DNA from: Hyphomicrobiales bacterium
GTDB taxonomy: Bacteria; Pseudomonadota; Alphaproteobacteria; Rhizobiales; JACESI01
Reading direction: 5' to 3'
DNA: 64,000 nt
Assembly (NCBI GenBank): GCA_039964305.1
Contig: JBDVXS010000139.1
Span: forward strand, 1,501 to 65,500
Below the pieces are notes generated by a model. That model was not told the origin of the DNA, did not search any database, and worked only from the letters and a program-made list of their open reading frames with translations. Positions within the stretch are counted from its first letter, which is position 1; every line of letters begins with the position of its first letter. This document shows positions 10,447 to 21,586 of the stretch, one piece after another. The translations under genes and the position numbers were made by a program.

Positions 10447-11760
10447 CTAGTTGGTCAAACGAATAGGCACAATGTCTGTCGCTATATCACTGAAAATTTG
10501 CACGATATCGGAATTTTCCGCATTAAAGAAACGACCTGCACCTGAAGTACAATTTTGCATTGCATCAACGATGGCACCATTTTGTGGCAGCTCAAAACCA
10601 ATCATATAAACGTTGATTTCACCCTGAGCTTTGATGGCGTCACAAACTGCATTAAAATGGTTGAGGCCATTTGGATCACGATCAGTCGCACCATTATATA
10701 ATTGTCCTGGCGCATCGCCACCATCATTAACTCGTGAAACAGCACCATCGGTTAGGAAAATCAATATTTTACGATTACGCGGTTGGAAGGCTCGCGGGAA
10801 AAGATCTGGCCCTAAGAAATGCGGTCGCCATGCATCATTCAATGTCCGCCAACCCCATCCAAGCGCTAAATCGGAACTCGTCCCCCATACTGGTGACATA
10901 CCATTGATGCGGTCTTGGAGAAGATTAACGTCCGTTTCAAATAGTTGAACCTGTGATTCAAGTTCAGGGCAAGTTGGAACACTCGTATTGCCTTGAAAGT
11001 TTTCTCTCACTAATGGGATATGAGCTTCATAGGCTCCAGGGCCTGGCGTTGGAATGACAAGTTCAGCAGCCTGCGTTATTCCTCCTGGCTCAAAACAGCC
11101 TGCGAAATGCTGGTGCGGGTTTTGAGGACTATCTGGGCCAAGCCAAAAGGCGTACTCGTCACCAAAACCAACGCGCCCACCAAAAGGCACCAGATTGATA
11201 ATCCGGTACGAACTACCCTGTGAAAAGGGCTGAACCAAGTCAACAAACTGGCTTGCCGCGTCTTTCAACGCAATAGAGCGAGAAATGTTGGCGCCATACA
11301 TTGATGCTGAAGTATCCAATACCAAAGTGATTTCGTCTCGTACTTCACCAAATGTCGAATTTGCATTCACGTTATAAGCAAGAGTATCAATACCCGCGAT
11401 CCATGAAAAATACGCAGCGACGCCGCCCTCGACTGAGGCTTCGATAGAAATATTTGAACCACGTCTGGTAACATTAATAACGGGTGTTTGCTCAACGTTC
11501 TGCGCCAAGGTTTGATTGTTCAACCAAAACATCTCGATGCCTTTTTGCACGGCTTCGTCATCTTCCAAACCGCTAGTAATAGCAGCAGCAGTTGCAAGCG
11601 ATGCCGCATCAATCGATTTTTGCGCCTCAGCTTTTGCAACAAACAGGCGTCCAAAATCGGTCGCTCCACCACCACACAAAATAATGGCGGATAACGCGAG
11701 CCCCAACATCATGGCAAAATTTCCGGAGGTGTCGTTTAGAAAGCGGTGTAAAATTGGCAT
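10447..11760 (-). CDS. TadE/TadG-like membrane-anchored protein with vWA domain
   Basis: N-terminal TadE/G-type hydrophobic segment (GNFAMMLGLALSAIILCGGGATDFGR) and a vWA MIDAS-like motif (VLDTSASM ... FLTDG). No other tad/cpa genes are in the window. Confidence 0.7.
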   Translation of the reverse strand: MPILHRFLNDTSGNFAMMLGLALSAIILCGGGATDFGRLFVAKAEAQKSIDAASLATAAAITSGLEDDEAVQKGIEMFWLNNQTLAQNVEQTPVINVTRRGSNISIEASVEGGVAAYFSWIAGIDTLAYNVNANSTFGEVRDEITLVLDTSASMYGANISRSIALKDAASQFVDLVQPFSQGSSYRIINLVPFGGRVGFGDEYAFWLGPDSPQNPHQHFAGCFEPGGITQAAELVIPTPGPGAYEAHIPLVRENFQGNTSVPTCPELESQVQLFETDVNLLQDRINGMSPVWGTSSDLALGWGWRTLNDAWRPHFLGPDLFPRAFQPRNRKILIFLTDGAVSRVNDGGDAPGQLYNGATDRDPNGLNHFNAVCDAIKAQGEINVYMIGFELPQNGAIVDAMQNCTSGAGRFFNAENSDIVQIFSDIATDIVPIRLTN

Positions 11761-11768
11761 CTCTCTAC

Positions 11769-11832
11769 TTTCGAATATTTTTTTTAAGCCTACCTAATAC
11801 GAAAAAGGTATTAATCTTATTAATATTCGAAA
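11769..11832. promoter_or_regulatory. AT-rich nested inverted repeats between modC and the TadG-like gene
   Basis: tttcgaatatt (11769-11779) is the exact reverse complement of aatattcgaaa (11822-11832). An inner hairpin pairs taatac (11795-11800) with gtatta (11808-11813). The repeats are flanked by T and A runs. Function unknown; a terminator or promoter element is possible. Confidence 0.4.
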
Positions 11833-11885
11833 AAAACTAATTAGCTAACTAATATAAATTACTCAACCGCAGATATCCCAATATT

Positions 11886-12962
11886 TCATAGCGCCATTTC
11901 AACGGCGACAGATTTAATCATAACAAAAATTTGCAAATCAGGCGTAATCGACATCTCATTAAGCGCCTTATTCGTTACGCGCGCGATGATTGGTTGGCCA
12001 TCAATACTAAGGGTCACATCGCTATAAGCGCTCCCCATTTTCTCAACCGTCAAGACGCGGCCATACAAGATATTTTGGAAACTCGTTCCACGCGGTTCAT
12101 TCAAAGCAAGCGCAACATCGCTTGCATCAATACGGACACGATAAGGTTCCGCACGTGGTTCTAACTTTTCAGACAGGGCAAAGTTTTGCCGACCAATCTT
12201 CAACCACGTCATATCCCAACTTGGATCAATCGATTCAAAATGAGCATCAATCAATGCACTTGGCGCGTGTTTTCCTTGATCAAATTGGCCATGTACTTTC
12301 GGCAGCACCTCAGCCACAGAACCATGATGCAAAACACGGCCGCCATCCATTAGCACCATATGATCGGCAAGCTGCACAACTTCATCAAGGTCGTGGCTGA
12401 CATAGACAATCGGCACGCCACCTTCATTTGCCAGCCGCTCGAAATACGGCATGATTTCCATCTTGCGCCAATGATCCAGCCCCGTCAGCGGCTCATCCAT
12501 CAACAAAACGCGCGGGTCTGAAAGCAGCGCACGCCCAATCGCAACCCGTTGGCGTTCCCCGCCTGAGAGACTTGCAGGCATGCGCGTCAGTAGATCACCC
12601 AAGCCCAGCATATCAACGATGTCATCAAAGCTTGCAGCTTTCTTATTGCGCCACCCAGCCCAACGGGCATAGGTGAGATTACGCTTCACATTCATATGCG
12701 GGAACAGGCGCGGGTCTTGAAAAATATGGCCAACACGGCGTTTGCGTACATTGATATTTTTGCGATTAATCGTATCAAAGAACACGCTATCACCAACAGC
12801 AATGCGTCCATTCTCAGGCAACACATGGCCAGAAATGGCGTCAATCAGTGTCGACTTACCAGCGCCCGAAACGCCAAACAAAGCAGTTACATTGGCAGCG
12901 CTTTTGAACGAAAGCGCATAATTAAATTCGCCACGCTGGCCAGCAATATCAACTTCAAGCAT
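11886..12962 (-). CDS. modC: Molybdate ABC transporter ATP-binding protein
   Basis: Walker A GVSGAGKST, signature LSGGERQR, Walker B LLMDEP and a C-terminal Mop/TOBE-like domain. It lies downstream of modA-modB. Confidence 0.9.
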   Translation of the reverse strand: MLEVDIAGQRGEFNYALSFKSAANVTALFGVSGAGKSTLIDAISGHVLPENGRIAVGDSVFFDTINRKNINVRKRRVGHIFQDPRLFPHMNVKRNLTYARWAGWRNKKAASFDDIVDMLGLGDLLTRMPASLSGGERQRVAIGRALLSDPRVLLMDEPLTGLDHWRKMEIMPYFERLANEGGVPIVYVSHDLDEVVQLADHMVLMDGGRVLHHGSVAEVLPKVHGQFDQGKHAPSALIDAHFESIDPSWDMTWLKIGRQNFALSEKLEPRAEPYRVRIDASDVALALNEPRGTSFQNILYGRVLTVEKMGSAYSDVTLSIDGQPIIARVTNKALNEMSITPDLQIFVMIKSVAVEMAL

Positions 12963-13716
12963 CGCTCTCTCCAGAAAGTCGCTTCAATCGTTGTGCCATA
13001 ACCTCAGACAACACAACCGCACCAACCGCCAAGAGAATGCTGAAAATTGTAAGGCGCCAAAGGCCTCCTTCATCCCCTGGGGATTGTAGCAATGAGTATA
13101 TGGCGAGCGGCAAGGTGCGTGTTTCGTCAGGTATGTTAGAGACAAACGTAATCGTCGCACCAAATTCGCCAAGGGCTTTGGCAAAACCCAAAATCAACGC
13201 CGCAATTAAACCAGGCAAGGCAAGCGGGAAAATGATGGTGAAAAACACCGTCAACCGACCAGCCCCTAAAGTGCGAGCAGTTACTTCCCAATCACGATTA
13301 ACCGCTTCAATGGCCTGCCGAATGGGCCGCACCATAAGCGGAAAAGCCATAACACCAGCAGCTAAAGCGGCACCTGTCCACTGGAAGGCAAATGAAAAAT
13401 CAAACGTCTCAAACAGAAACTTACCAATGAACCCTTGGCGCCCGAATGCGATTAAAAGCAGATAACCCGTCACCACAGGTGGCACGACTAAGGGAAGCAA
13501 CACCAGAACATTTAAGGCGGTGCGGCCGGGAAATTTATAACGCGCCAACAAAAATGCGACCAGCAATGCCAAAGGCAAAGCCACAAGCACGGCGACACCT
13601 GCCACCTTCAACGATAATAAAATCGCAGAGGTTTCAACATCAGATAGGGCTAGGTAAGAAAGGATGGCGTCCAAGGTGGTTCCCTTACTTCGGAACGAAC
13701 AGTCCCGCTTTAACAA
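12955..13716 (-). CDS. modB: Molybdate ABC transporter permease
   Basis: Polytopic permease with an EAA-type loop (ARTLGAGRLTVFFTIIFP). The longest ORF overlaps modA by 32 nt. A TTG at 13674 preceded by aaggga is a plausible true start. Confidence 0.9.
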   Translation of the reverse strand: MLKRDCSFRSKGTTLDAILSYLALSDVETSAILLSLKVAGVAVLVALPLALLVAFLLARYKFPGRTALNVLVLLPLVVPPVVTGYLLLIAFGRQGFIGKFLFETFDFSFAFQWTGAALAAGVMAFPLMVRPIRQAIEAVNRDWEVTARTLGAGRLTVFFTIIFPLALPGLIAALILGFAKALGEFGATITFVSNIPDETRTLPLAIYSLLQSPGDEGGLWRLTIFSILLAVGAVVLSEVMAQRLKRLSGESDA

Positions 13717-14485
13717 AATGCATTTTTGCTAATTTACTCTCTAGATAATCTAGAAATGTGTCAGCATCACTGCGTCCGTTTAGCAGTCTTAGCGCCGGAT
13801 ATACAATATCTGGATGACTATCGCTTGAAAAAAGCCCCACAAGCTTAATATCAGGATTAATTACTGCTTCGGAGTGATAAACAATGCCAAGTGGCACTTC
13901 TGCGCGGCCAACAAGCACAGAGGCGAGACGAACATTGCCTGTAATCGCCATGCGTTTTTCAATTGCTTTATAAGGCCCAATCTCAGCTTCCATCTTCTTC
14001 AATGTAGCCCGCGCATAACGTCCTGCTGGAATATGATCAGGGTTTGCAACCGCAATCCGACTTCCTTTTTCAGCCAACCATCCGTTCAAAACATCCGCAA
14101 TATTTTGATCACCACTAATCGGCACATCTTTTGGCACGACCAGTGCGAGCTGATTACGAGCAACGATGCGCTGACTTTCAGGAACCGTGAGGTTTTGCGT
14201 TTTCAACCATGACGCCCAATCAATATCAGCGGAAACGAAAACATCCGCTGGTGCACCGGCCGCAATTTGGCGGGCGAGGATGGAACTTCCAGCAACAGAC
14301 AACGTCACCTTGCGACCTGTCTCTTTTTCAAAATCGGCAATAATGGGTTCTAAAGCCGCCTTCATGCTAATGGCTGCGAAGACCAGCAAAGGTTTTTCGT
14401 CAGCGCGTGACGGCAGCCACAAGGTGACAGATAACAACACTGCCAAAAACAAAGCCGCCAGTCGTGCAAAGAATTGAGCTTTCAA
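13685..14485 (-). CDS. modA: Molybdate ABC transporter periplasmic binding protein
   Basis: Signal peptide, then blocks of the ModA fold family (VFAAISM..., SGSS-like VAGSS, ANPDHIPAGRYA). Confidence 0.85.
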   Translation of the reverse strand: MKAQFFARLAALFLAVLLSVTLWLPSRADEKPLLVFAAISMKAALEPIIADFEKETGRKVTLSVAGSSILARQIAAGAPADVFVSADIDWASWLKTQNLTVPESQRIVARNQLALVVPKDVPISGDQNIADVLNGWLAEKGSRIAVANPDHIPAGRYARATLKKMEAEIGPYKAIEKRMAITGNVRLASVLVGRAEVPLGIVYHSEAVINPDIKLVGLFSSDSHPDIVYPALRLLNGRSDADTFLDYLESKLAKMHFVKAGLFVPK

Positions 14486-14571
14486 TCCAACCTCAATCTA
14501 TCCGCTTGAACTCATGTGTCACAGATTAACATCAACGGAGCAAACCCTCAACCAATGCGAAATCGCCAAAA

Positions 14572-15360
14572 TTATTCCACGACCCACGGCGCTTTTGATT
14601 TATTGAAGAACGCTTGAATACCATTCGCGCATTCATCATTTGCCCAGCGCTCGGCAAGTCGGTCGGCGGTATATTCCATCGGGTCGCCCGTGCTGCGGGC
14701 AAGATATTTGGCTAAGTCTTTTGATGAGGCCACAGCGCCAGGTGCACAACTTAAAAATGCCTTTGCTTCTAAAAGCGCGCTTTCCTCTAGCACCTCCGCC
14801 GTTACGATGTCGGAGATCAGCCCTAGCTGCTGCCCTATTTCTGCGCCAAAAATTTTGGAGTTCATAAAACACCGCCGCGCATGACCTTCACCCAAACGGC
14901 GCACCACATAAGGCCCAATCGTCGCAGGGATAAGACCGAGGCGGGTTTCAGTCAGTCCCCATTTTATATGGCTTGCTGCAACCACAATGTCAGAAACACA
15001 CATCATGCCAACGCCACCACCAAAGGCATTGCCTTGAACTTTGGCAATCAACGGCTTTGGCAAATCATCAAGTGCGCGCAGCATGGTGGCAAGCTTCATG
15101 CCTTCTGCTACTTTTTCATCATCTGGTTTTTCTGCCTGCTCGCGCATCCAATTCAAATCACCACCAGCACAGAAGCTTTTGCCCTCACCCGTCAAAATCA
15201 CCGCGCGAATTGTTTCGCGTTCAGCAATTTCGTGGGCTGCTTGCGTCAATTCTGCAATCATCTGTGCATTAAGCGCGTTGTGCTTTTCAGGTCGTGCGAG
15301 GGTCAGCGTCGCAATGCCATTGTCTGCCTCATCCAACCGTATTGTTTCAAAATCAGTCAT
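14572..15360 (-). CDS. liuC: Enoyl-CoA hydratase (methylglutaconyl-CoA hydratase of the liu pathway)
   Basis: Crotonase fold (FCAGGDL, GNAFGGG). It is the last gene of the ivd-mccB-mccA-hmgL operon and overlaps the lyase gene. Confidence 0.8.
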   Translation of the reverse strand: MTDFETIRLDEADNGIATLTLARPEKHNALNAQMIAELTQAAHEIAERETIRAVILTGEGKSFCAGGDLNWMREQAEKPDDEKVAEGMKLATMLRALDDLPKPLIAKVQGNAFGGGVGMMCVSDIVVAASHIKWGLTETRLGLIPATIGPYVVRRLGEGHARRCFMNSKIFGAEIGQQLGLISDIVTAEVLEESALLEAKAFLSCAPGAVASSKDLAKYLARSTGDPMEYTADRLAERWANDECANGIQAFFNKSKAPWVVE

Positions 15361-16219
15361 GGCTGAGCTTTCCCATCATATCGGTGAGCAATGCGCCTGC
15401 TTTCACCAGTTGATCACGGTTGATCCTCGTTTCAAAACCTAGTTCCGTCAAATGGTCAAAAACGGCAAGCGTTTCCACATTGCCTTTTGCACCCGGCGCA
15501 TAGGGACACCCCCCCAAACCACCAATGGCACTGTCAAAAGTGCGAACGCCTTTCTCAAGGCTCACTTCGATATTGGCAAGCGCGCGATTGGCCGTATCGT
15601 GATAATGGCCTGCGAGTTTTTCTGCGGGCACAAATTCGAGCACAGCATCGAGCATCAAAGCAACCTCAGATGGTTGCGCTTTACCAATCGTATCACCGAG
15701 AGAAATCTCATAACACCCCATTTCATAAAGCGCCTTTGCCACATCAGCCACGGCCGCAGGCTTGGTCATCCCGTCATAAGGGCATTCCACCACGCATGAC
15801 ACATAACCACGAACAGGCACGCCATCTTGCAGGGCTAATTCCATCAATGGTTTGAAACGCTCTAAACTCTCAGCAATGGAACAATTGATATTTTTCTGGC
15901 TAAAACCCTCAGACGCCGAGCCGAAAATCGCCACTTCATCTGCCTTCGCAGCGCGCGCGTTTTCATACCCTTTTACGTTTGGTGTCAGTGCCGCATAAGT
16001 AACCGACGGCGACCGTTTGATGCCCGCCATCACGTCAGCACCATCAGCCATTTGCGGAACCCATTTAGGGGACACAAAACTTGCAACTTCAATCTTTTGA
16101 AACCCTGCCTCAGACAGACGGTCAACGAGCGCCACCTTGTCATCCGTCGAAACAAACGTCTTTTCATTTTGCAAACCGTCGCGCGGGCCGACTTCAAAGA
16201 TAGAGACGAAATCCGTCAT
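15353..16219 (-). CDS. liuE: Hydroxymethylglutaryl-CoA lyase
   Basis: VGPRDGLQNE N-terminal motif, HxH (GHYHDT) and GLGGCPYAPGA. Confidence 0.9.
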   Translation of the reverse strand: MTDFVSIFEVGPRDGLQNEKTFVSTDDKVALVDRLSEAGFQKIEVASFVSPKWVPQMADGADVMAGIKRSPSVTYAALTPNVKGYENARAAKADEVAIFGSASEGFSQKNINCSIAESLERFKPLMELALQDGVPVRGYVSCVVECPYDGMTKPAAVADVAKALYEMGCYEISLGDTIGKAQPSEVALMLDAVLEFVPAEKLAGHYHDTANRALANIEVSLEKGVRTFDSAIGGLGGCPYAPGAKGNVETLAVFDHLTELGFETRINRDQLVKAGALLTDMMGKLSHD

Positions 16220-18177
16220 TCCGCCTCACTCAACACAATCAGGATAGCGCCTTTTTCGACTTGCTCACCAATAGCAACATCAGCGCTTTCAACAACACCA
16301 TCAATGGTTGCCTCAAGTGCGTGTTCCATTTTCATGGCTTCCATCACGAGCAATGTATCACCGCTTTTCACCATATCTCCAACCGACACATTGCACGCGG
16401 TAATAACACCGGGCATTGGAGCGACGATTTGGTTGGAGGCAAAAGCATTGTCATTGCCACCATCGTAAGATGTCTCAAGGATGTAATCGACACTTTCGCC
16501 ATCAATGACAATGCGTGCGTTTTGCTCATCAACAATGATGTCGGCTGCAAATTGTCGCCCCTCGCTCATAAAGCGGAAACGACCATCCTCTGTGTCGTCC
16601 ATTCTTTCCATATCGACCACACGGCCATCAAAAGAAAACTGGAAACAATCCTGTTTGAGTTGGCTAACACGGGCCTCAATGGTTTCGCCCATACGCATCA
16701 CATCAACAAGCCGCGACGGAGCGCCCCAAAGTTGCCAAGCCCCCAAACCATTTTCGCTTTCAAGCGCGCCGAAAACACAAAGGCAGGCGATAGCATCATG
16801 CAGCACAGTTGGTGCGACTGCTTTGGTCAACGCCTCAAGATCACGGGCAATCAGACCCGTATCCACGTCACCGCGAACAAAGCCTTCGTGAGCTGCCAAT
16901 TGCGCCAGAAAATCCACATTGGTAACGCAGCCCATCACCTGCGTTTCTTGCAACGCGCTAAGAAGATTTTTCAACGCTTCATCACGGGTTTCACCATGCG
17001 TGATAATCTTGGCAATCATCGGGTCATAATGTGCTGTAATCGTATCACCTTCGCGCACACCTGTTTCAATACGTGCATTCTCAGGGAATTGAAGATGGGT
17101 GAGTGTTCCCGTTTCTGGCAAGAAGTCATTCGCCGGATCTTCAGCATAAAGCCGCGCTTCAAACGAGTGATCCATCAACGTGATATGCTCTTGTTTCACC
17201 GGCAGGGGTTCGCCAGATGCCACACGCAATTGCCATTCAACCAGATCGAAGCCTGTAACCTCTTCTGTCACTGGATGCTCCACTTGAAGGCGGGTGTTCA
17301 TCTCCATGAACCAGAACCCATCCGCTGACATTTTTGCGCCATCAACGATAAACTCAATCGTGCCAGCACCCTCATAATCAATCGCCTTGGCAGCGGTTAC
17401 AGCAGCCTCAGTCATGGCCGCACGCATCTCGTCTGTCATACCGGGCGCGGGGGCTTCTTCAATTACTTTTTGATGGCGGCGCTGCAGCGAACAATCACGC
17501 TCATAAAGATGGACGACATCGCCGTGACTATCACCAAACACCTGCACCTCAATATGGCGCGGCGCGTTGATGTATTTTTCAACCAACACCATGCCATCGC
17601 CGAAACTTGCAAGGCCCTCACGCGCGGCACTTTCTAGGGCTTCAGCAAAATCTTCAGCCCGCTCAACAAGCCGCATCCCCTTACCACCACCGCCAGCACG
17701 CGCTTTGATGAGGACGGGATAGCCAATTTTTTCTGCTTCATTAGCGAGGAAGCCCACGTCTTGGTTATCGCCATGATAACCTGGCACAACGGGTACATTG
17801 GCCTCTTCCATCAAGGCTTTCGCTGCATCCTTCAAACCCATCGCGCGAATGGATTTTGCCGACGGTCCAATGAAGGTGAGACCTGCCGCTTCAACGGCAT
17901 CAACAAAGTCTGGGTTTTCTGAGAGGAACCCAAAGCCAGGGTGGATAGCCTCCGCGCCCGTCGCCTTCGCTGCGTCAATGATACGCTCTGCCACCAGATA
18001 ACTTTCAGCCACCGAAGAGGCTCCGATATGCACCGCCTCATCAGCCATAGAAACATGGCGCGAAGCTCTATCGGCATCTGAAAAAACAGCAACCGTTTTA
18101 ACGTTTAATTCGCGGCAGGTGTCGATGACACGACAAGCAATTTCGCCACGGTTTGCAATGAGGATTTTATTGAACAT
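16216..18177 (-). CDS. liuD: 3-methylcrotonyl-CoA carboxylase alpha (biotin carboxylase plus BCCP) subunit
   Basis: N-terminus KILIANRGEIACRV, ATP-grasp GGGGKGM, and the C-terminal biotinylation motif EAMKME. Confidence 0.9.
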   Translation of the reverse strand: MFNKILIANRGEIACRVIDTCRELNVKTVAVFSDADRASRHVSMADEAVHIGASSVAESYLVAERIIDAAKATGAEAIHPGFGFLSENPDFVDAVEAAGLTFIGPSAKSIRAMGLKDAAKALMEEANVPVVPGYHGDNQDVGFLANEAEKIGYPVLIKARAGGGGKGMRLVERAEDFAEALESAAREGLASFGDGMVLVEKYINAPRHIEVQVFGDSHGDVVHLYERDCSLQRRHQKVIEEAPAPGMTDEMRAAMTEAAVTAAKAIDYEGAGTIEFIVDGAKMSADGFWFMEMNTRLQVEHPVTEEVTGFDLVEWQLRVASGEPLPVKQEHITLMDHSFEARLYAEDPANDFLPETGTLTHLQFPENARIETGVREGDTITAHYDPMIAKIITHGETRDEALKNLLSALQETQVMGCVTNVDFLAQLAAHEGFVRGDVDTGLIARDLEALTKAVAPTVLHDAIACLCVFGALESENGLGAWQLWGAPSRLVDVMRMGETIEARVSQLKQDCFQFSFDGRVVDMERMDDTEDGRFRFMSEGRQFAADIIVDEQNARIVIDGESVDYILETSYDGGNDNAFASNQIVAPMPGVITACNVSVGDMVKSGDTLLVMEAMKMEHALEATIDGVVESADVAIGEQVEKGAILIVLSEAE

Positions 18178-18181
18178 GTGC

Positions 18182-19786
18182 TTACATTCTAAACACGCCG
18201 AAACGTGTCTCCCCGATTTCTGCGTTGAGACTTACTCGTAAGCTCAGCGCAAGGACGTCCCGCGTTTTGCGTGGGTCTATGATGCCGTCATCCCAAAGGC
18301 GGGCGGAGGAATATAGCGCTGCGGATTGTTCGTTGAATTGGTCGATCATCGGTTGCTTGAAGGCGCTCTCTTCTTCAACAGACCATTCTCCGCCCTTGCG
18401 TTCAATGCCTGCGCGGCGCACATCAGCCAGTACACCTGCAGCCTGTTCGCCGCCCATGACGGAGATTTTGGAATTGGGCCACATCCACAAGAAGCGCGGA
18501 TCATAAGCACGGCCCGCCATGCCGTAATTGCCAGCACCATAAGAACCGCCAACAATCATCGTAATCTTTGGCACTTGCGCATTGGAGACAGCCGTCACCA
18601 TCTTCGCGCCGTGACGGGCAATGCCACCACTTTCTGCCGCGCGCCCCACCATAAAGCCCGTGATGTTTTGCAAGAACACGAGCGGAATTTTTCGCTGACA
18701 ACAAAGCTCAATAAAGTGCGCGCCCTTAACAGCGCTCTCTGCAAACAACACGCCGTTGTTGGCGAGAATACCAACGGGAATGCCGTCAATATGGGCAAAG
18801 CCCGTTACCAATGTTTCGCCAAACCGCGCTTTAAATTCATCAAAGCGCGAGCCATCCACCACGCGGGCAATCACTTCTTTGATGTCGAAAGGCTTGCGGC
18901 TATCAACAGGGATGAGACCCAGCAATTCTTCTGGATCGAGTGCTGGAAGTTCAGGTTCGATCAATTGAATTTTATTCTCAGTCGACCAGTTCAAATTGGC
19001 TACCGCTTGACGGGCCAAATGCAGGGCATGAGCGTCATCTTCTGCCAGATGATCGGCCACACCAGAAAGCCGCGTATGAACATCGCCGCCACCCAATTCT
19101 TCGGCAGAAATCACTTCGCCTGTCGCGGCCTTCACCAAGGGTGGGCCTGCTAAAAAGATCGTGCCTTGTTCTTTAACAATGATCGCTTCATCAGACATGG
19201 CAGGCACATAGGCACCCCCTGCCGTACATGAGCCCATCACCACCGCAATTTGCGGAATGCCTTGGGCCGACATATTAGCTTGATTGAAAAAGATGCGGCC
19301 AAAATGATCGCGATCTGGGAAGACTTCATCTTGGTTTGGAAGGTTCGCCCCGCCGCTATCAACAAGATAGATACATGGCAGGTTATTGGCGCTGGCGATC
19401 TCTTGGGCGCGAAGGTGTTTCTTCACTGTGAGGGGGAAATAGGTGCCGCCTTTCACCGTCGCATCATTGGCAACAATCATGCAGTCAACACCGCAAACCT
19501 TGCCAACACCCGCAACAACACCAGCGGCAGGCACTTGGTCGTCATACATGCCGTTTGCCGCAAATTGGCCGACTTCTAAAAACGGCGTATTTGGATCACA
19601 AAGTTGAGCCACACGATCACGGGGCAAAAGCTTACCACGCGACAAATGCCGTTCGCGCGATTTCTCGCCACCGCCTTCTTGAATGCGCTCGGACAAATCT
19701 GCACAGCCTTTTATAAGGCTTTCCATTTGCGCTTTATTGGTTTGAAAATCTTCTGAGCGCGGGTTGAGAGATGAGGTTAGTTTCAC
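18182..19786 (-). CDS. liuB: 3-methylcrotonyl-CoA carboxylase beta (carboxyltransferase) subunit
   Basis: 534-aa carboxyltransferase with family blocks ([22 protein letters not shown]). It sits between ivd and the alpha subunit. Confidence 0.9.
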   Translation of the reverse strand: MKLTSSLNPRSEDFQTNKAQMESLIKGCADLSERIQEGGGEKSRERHLSRGKLLPRDRVAQLCDPNTPFLEVGQFAANGMYDDQVPAAGVVAGVGKVCGVDCMIVANDATVKGGTYFPLTVKKHLRAQEIASANNLPCIYLVDSGGANLPNQDEVFPDRDHFGRIFFNQANMSAQGIPQIAVVMGSCTAGGAYVPAMSDEAIIVKEQGTIFLAGPPLVKAATGEVISAEELGGGDVHTRLSGVADHLAEDDAHALHLARQAVANLNWSTENKIQLIEPELPALDPEELLGLIPVDSRKPFDIKEVIARVVDGSRFDEFKARFGETLVTGFAHIDGIPVGILANNGVLFAESAVKGAHFIELCCQRKIPLVFLQNITGFMVGRAAESGGIARHGAKMVTAVSNAQVPKITMIVGGSYGAGNYGMAGRAYDPRFLWMWPNSKISVMGGEQAAGVLADVRRAGIERKGGEWSVEEESAFKQPMIDQFNEQSAALYSSARLWDDGIIDPRKTRDVLALSLRVSLNAEIGETRFGVFRM

Positions 19787-20946
19787 TTGGTTTCCTCAAA
19801 CATTTCACGACCTATCAACATGCGGCGAATTTCGCTTGTGCCTGCACCAATCTCATAAAGCTTCGCATCACGAAGCAGACGGCCCGTGGCGTAATCGTTG
19901 ATATAGCCATTACCGCCAAGCGCTTGTATCGATTCAAGCGCTACCTGCGTTGCTTTTTCTGCCGCATATAAAATACAGCCAGCGGAATCTTTGCGGGTCG
20001 TCTCGCCACGGTCACATGCCGCGGCTACCGCATAAACATACGCACGGCACGCATTCATCGTGGTGTACATATCGGCAAGCTTGCCCTGCATTAGCTGGAA
20101 GGTGCCGATGGGGCGGTCAAACTGTTTACGCTCATGCACATAAGGCACAACAATATCCATTGCCGCTGCCATAATGCCAAGCGGACCAGCGGCCAAAACC
20201 ACACGCTCATAATCAAGCCCAGACATCAAAATCTCTGCGCCCTGCCCTTCTTCACCAAGCACATTTTCATAAGGCACTTCGCAATTTTCAAACACCAGTT
20301 CGCAGGTGTTAGAACCGCGCATGCCCAACTTGTCGAGCTTTTGCGCGGTCGAGAAACCAGCCATATCTTTCTCAATCAAGAAGGCCGTGATCCCCTTTGA
20401 TTTCGCATCCATATCTGTCTTGGCGTAAACGATGAGAGTGGAGGCATCAGGGCCGTTCGTGATCCACATTTTATTGCCAGAAAGCACATATTTATCGTTT
20501 CGCTTTTCAGCCTTCAAGCGCATAGAAACCACATCAGAACCCGCTCCCGGCTCAGACATCGCGAGTGAACCGACATGTTCGCCCGAAATTAACTTCGGCA
20601 AATATTTCGCCTTTTGCTCCGCATTACCCCAACGGGTTAATTGGTTCACGCACAGGTTGGAATGCGCCCCGTAGGAAAGACCGACAGAAGCAGACGCGCG
20701 GCTGATTTCTTCAATGGCGATAGCATGAGCAAGATAACCCATGCCCACACCGCCATCTTCTTCAGGCACCGTGATACCAAGCAAACCCAGTGCGCCAAAC
20801 TTTTCCCAAAGGTCACTGGGGAATTCATTGCTTTCATCTATTTCTTGAGCACGTGGTGCAATCTCATCTGCTGCAAATTTCTGCACCATATCGCGCAGCG
20901 CATCGATTTCTTCGCCAAGACCAAAATTCATACCAGCGTTAAACAT
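19783..20946 (-). CDS. liuA: Isovaleryl-CoA dehydrogenase
   Basis: Acyl-CoA dehydrogenase family with the C-terminal catalytic region [13 protein letters not shown] place the start at ATG 20946 ([10 protein letters not shown]...), which forms a TGATG overlap with the TetR stop. The longest ORF extends to 20991. Confidence 0.9.
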   Translation of the reverse strand: MFNAGMNFGLGEEIDALRDMVQKFAADEIAPRAQEIDESNEFPSDLWEKFGALGLLGITVPEEDGGVGMGYLAHAIAIEEISRASASVGLSYGAHSNLCVNQLTRWGNAEQKAKYLPKLISGEHVGSLAMSEPGAGSDVVSMRLKAEKRNDKYVLSGNKMWITNGPDASTLIVYAKTDMDAKSKGITAFLIEKDMAGFSTAQKLDKLGMRGSNTCELVFENCEVPYENVLGEEGQGAEILMSGLDYERVVLAAGPLGIMAAAMDIVVPYVHERKQFDRPIGTFQLMQGKLADMYTTMNACRAYVYAVAAACDRGETTRKDSAGCILYAAEKATQVALESIQALGGNGYINDYATGRLLRDAKLYEIGAGTSEIRRMLIGREMFEETK

Positions 20947-21572
20947 CAGCTCGCCTTCTCCGTTAAAACAGGGGTTTCTTGCTCGCAGCAAATGGAGCGC
21001 ATTGCTAAGGCGAGATAAATTTCTTCGATTTCATTTACATCCAAACGACCAGCCGGTTTATACCAAGCCGTCACACCCGTCAGCATAGCAATCAACGCCA
21101 TCGCGCTGACATGGGGGTCAGTGATTAGAAAATCACCCTGATCCCGACCCTGCTTGAGAGTATCGCGGATATCATATTCATACCGCTTACGCAGCGCTTC
21201 AACCTTATTGAAATTCTCTGGCTCAAGGCTTCTAAGCTCCATGAATGATGTGAAAACACCATTGTGCCGTGTCATGTGGTAACGAACGTGGAACCGGACG
21301 AAAGCCTCAATTTTTGCAACAGGCGTATTGGCTCCTGCACAAGCATCATCCCATGCGGCCAGCAATTCTTGCATGTGGTCCAGCATGATATGCGCAAGTA
21401 CATCTTGCTTGGTTGCAAAGTGGTTGTAGAGAGCGCCAACTTGGATGCCGACCTCTTGCGCAATTGCACGCATGGATACGGCCGCATAACCACGCTCAGC
21501 AAAAAGCGCCAAAGCAGCGCTTGTGATTGCTTTGTTGGTTTTTTCTCCCGATGAGCCAGCAGTCCTTGCCAT
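20946..21572 (-). CDS. TetR-family transcriptional regulator, first gene of the liu operon
   Basis: N-terminal TetR HTH ([34 protein letters not shown]). Length 208 aa. Confidence 0.85.
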   Translation of the reverse strand: MARTAGSSGEKTNKAITSAALALFAERGYAAVSMRAIAQEVGIQVGALYNHFATKQDVLAHIMLDHMQELLAAWDDACAGANTPVAKIEAFVRFHVRYHMTRHNGVFTSFMELRSLEPENFNKVEALRKRYEYDIRDTLKQGRDQGDFLITDPHVSAMALIAMLTGVTAWYKPAGRLDVNEIEEIYLALAMRSICCEQETPVLTEKAS

Positions 21573-21586
21573 AGTCTCTACACCAA

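Noticed and set aside
14486-14571. Moco riboswitch or ModE box upstream of modA
   Set aside because: At 86 nt it is too short for the Moco RNA motif, and I found no TATAT-N12-ATATA-type ModE palindrome.
16261-17328. 355-aa plus-strand ORF
   Set aside because: It is entirely antisense to the well-supported mccA (biotin carboxylase) gene. Its translation is low-complexity and His/Cys/Asn-rich with no motifs, which is typical of a stop-free shadow frame.
18326-19153. 275-aa plus-strand ORF
   Set aside because: It is antisense to the carboxyltransferase (mccB) gene and has no recognisable domain. It is a shadow ORF.
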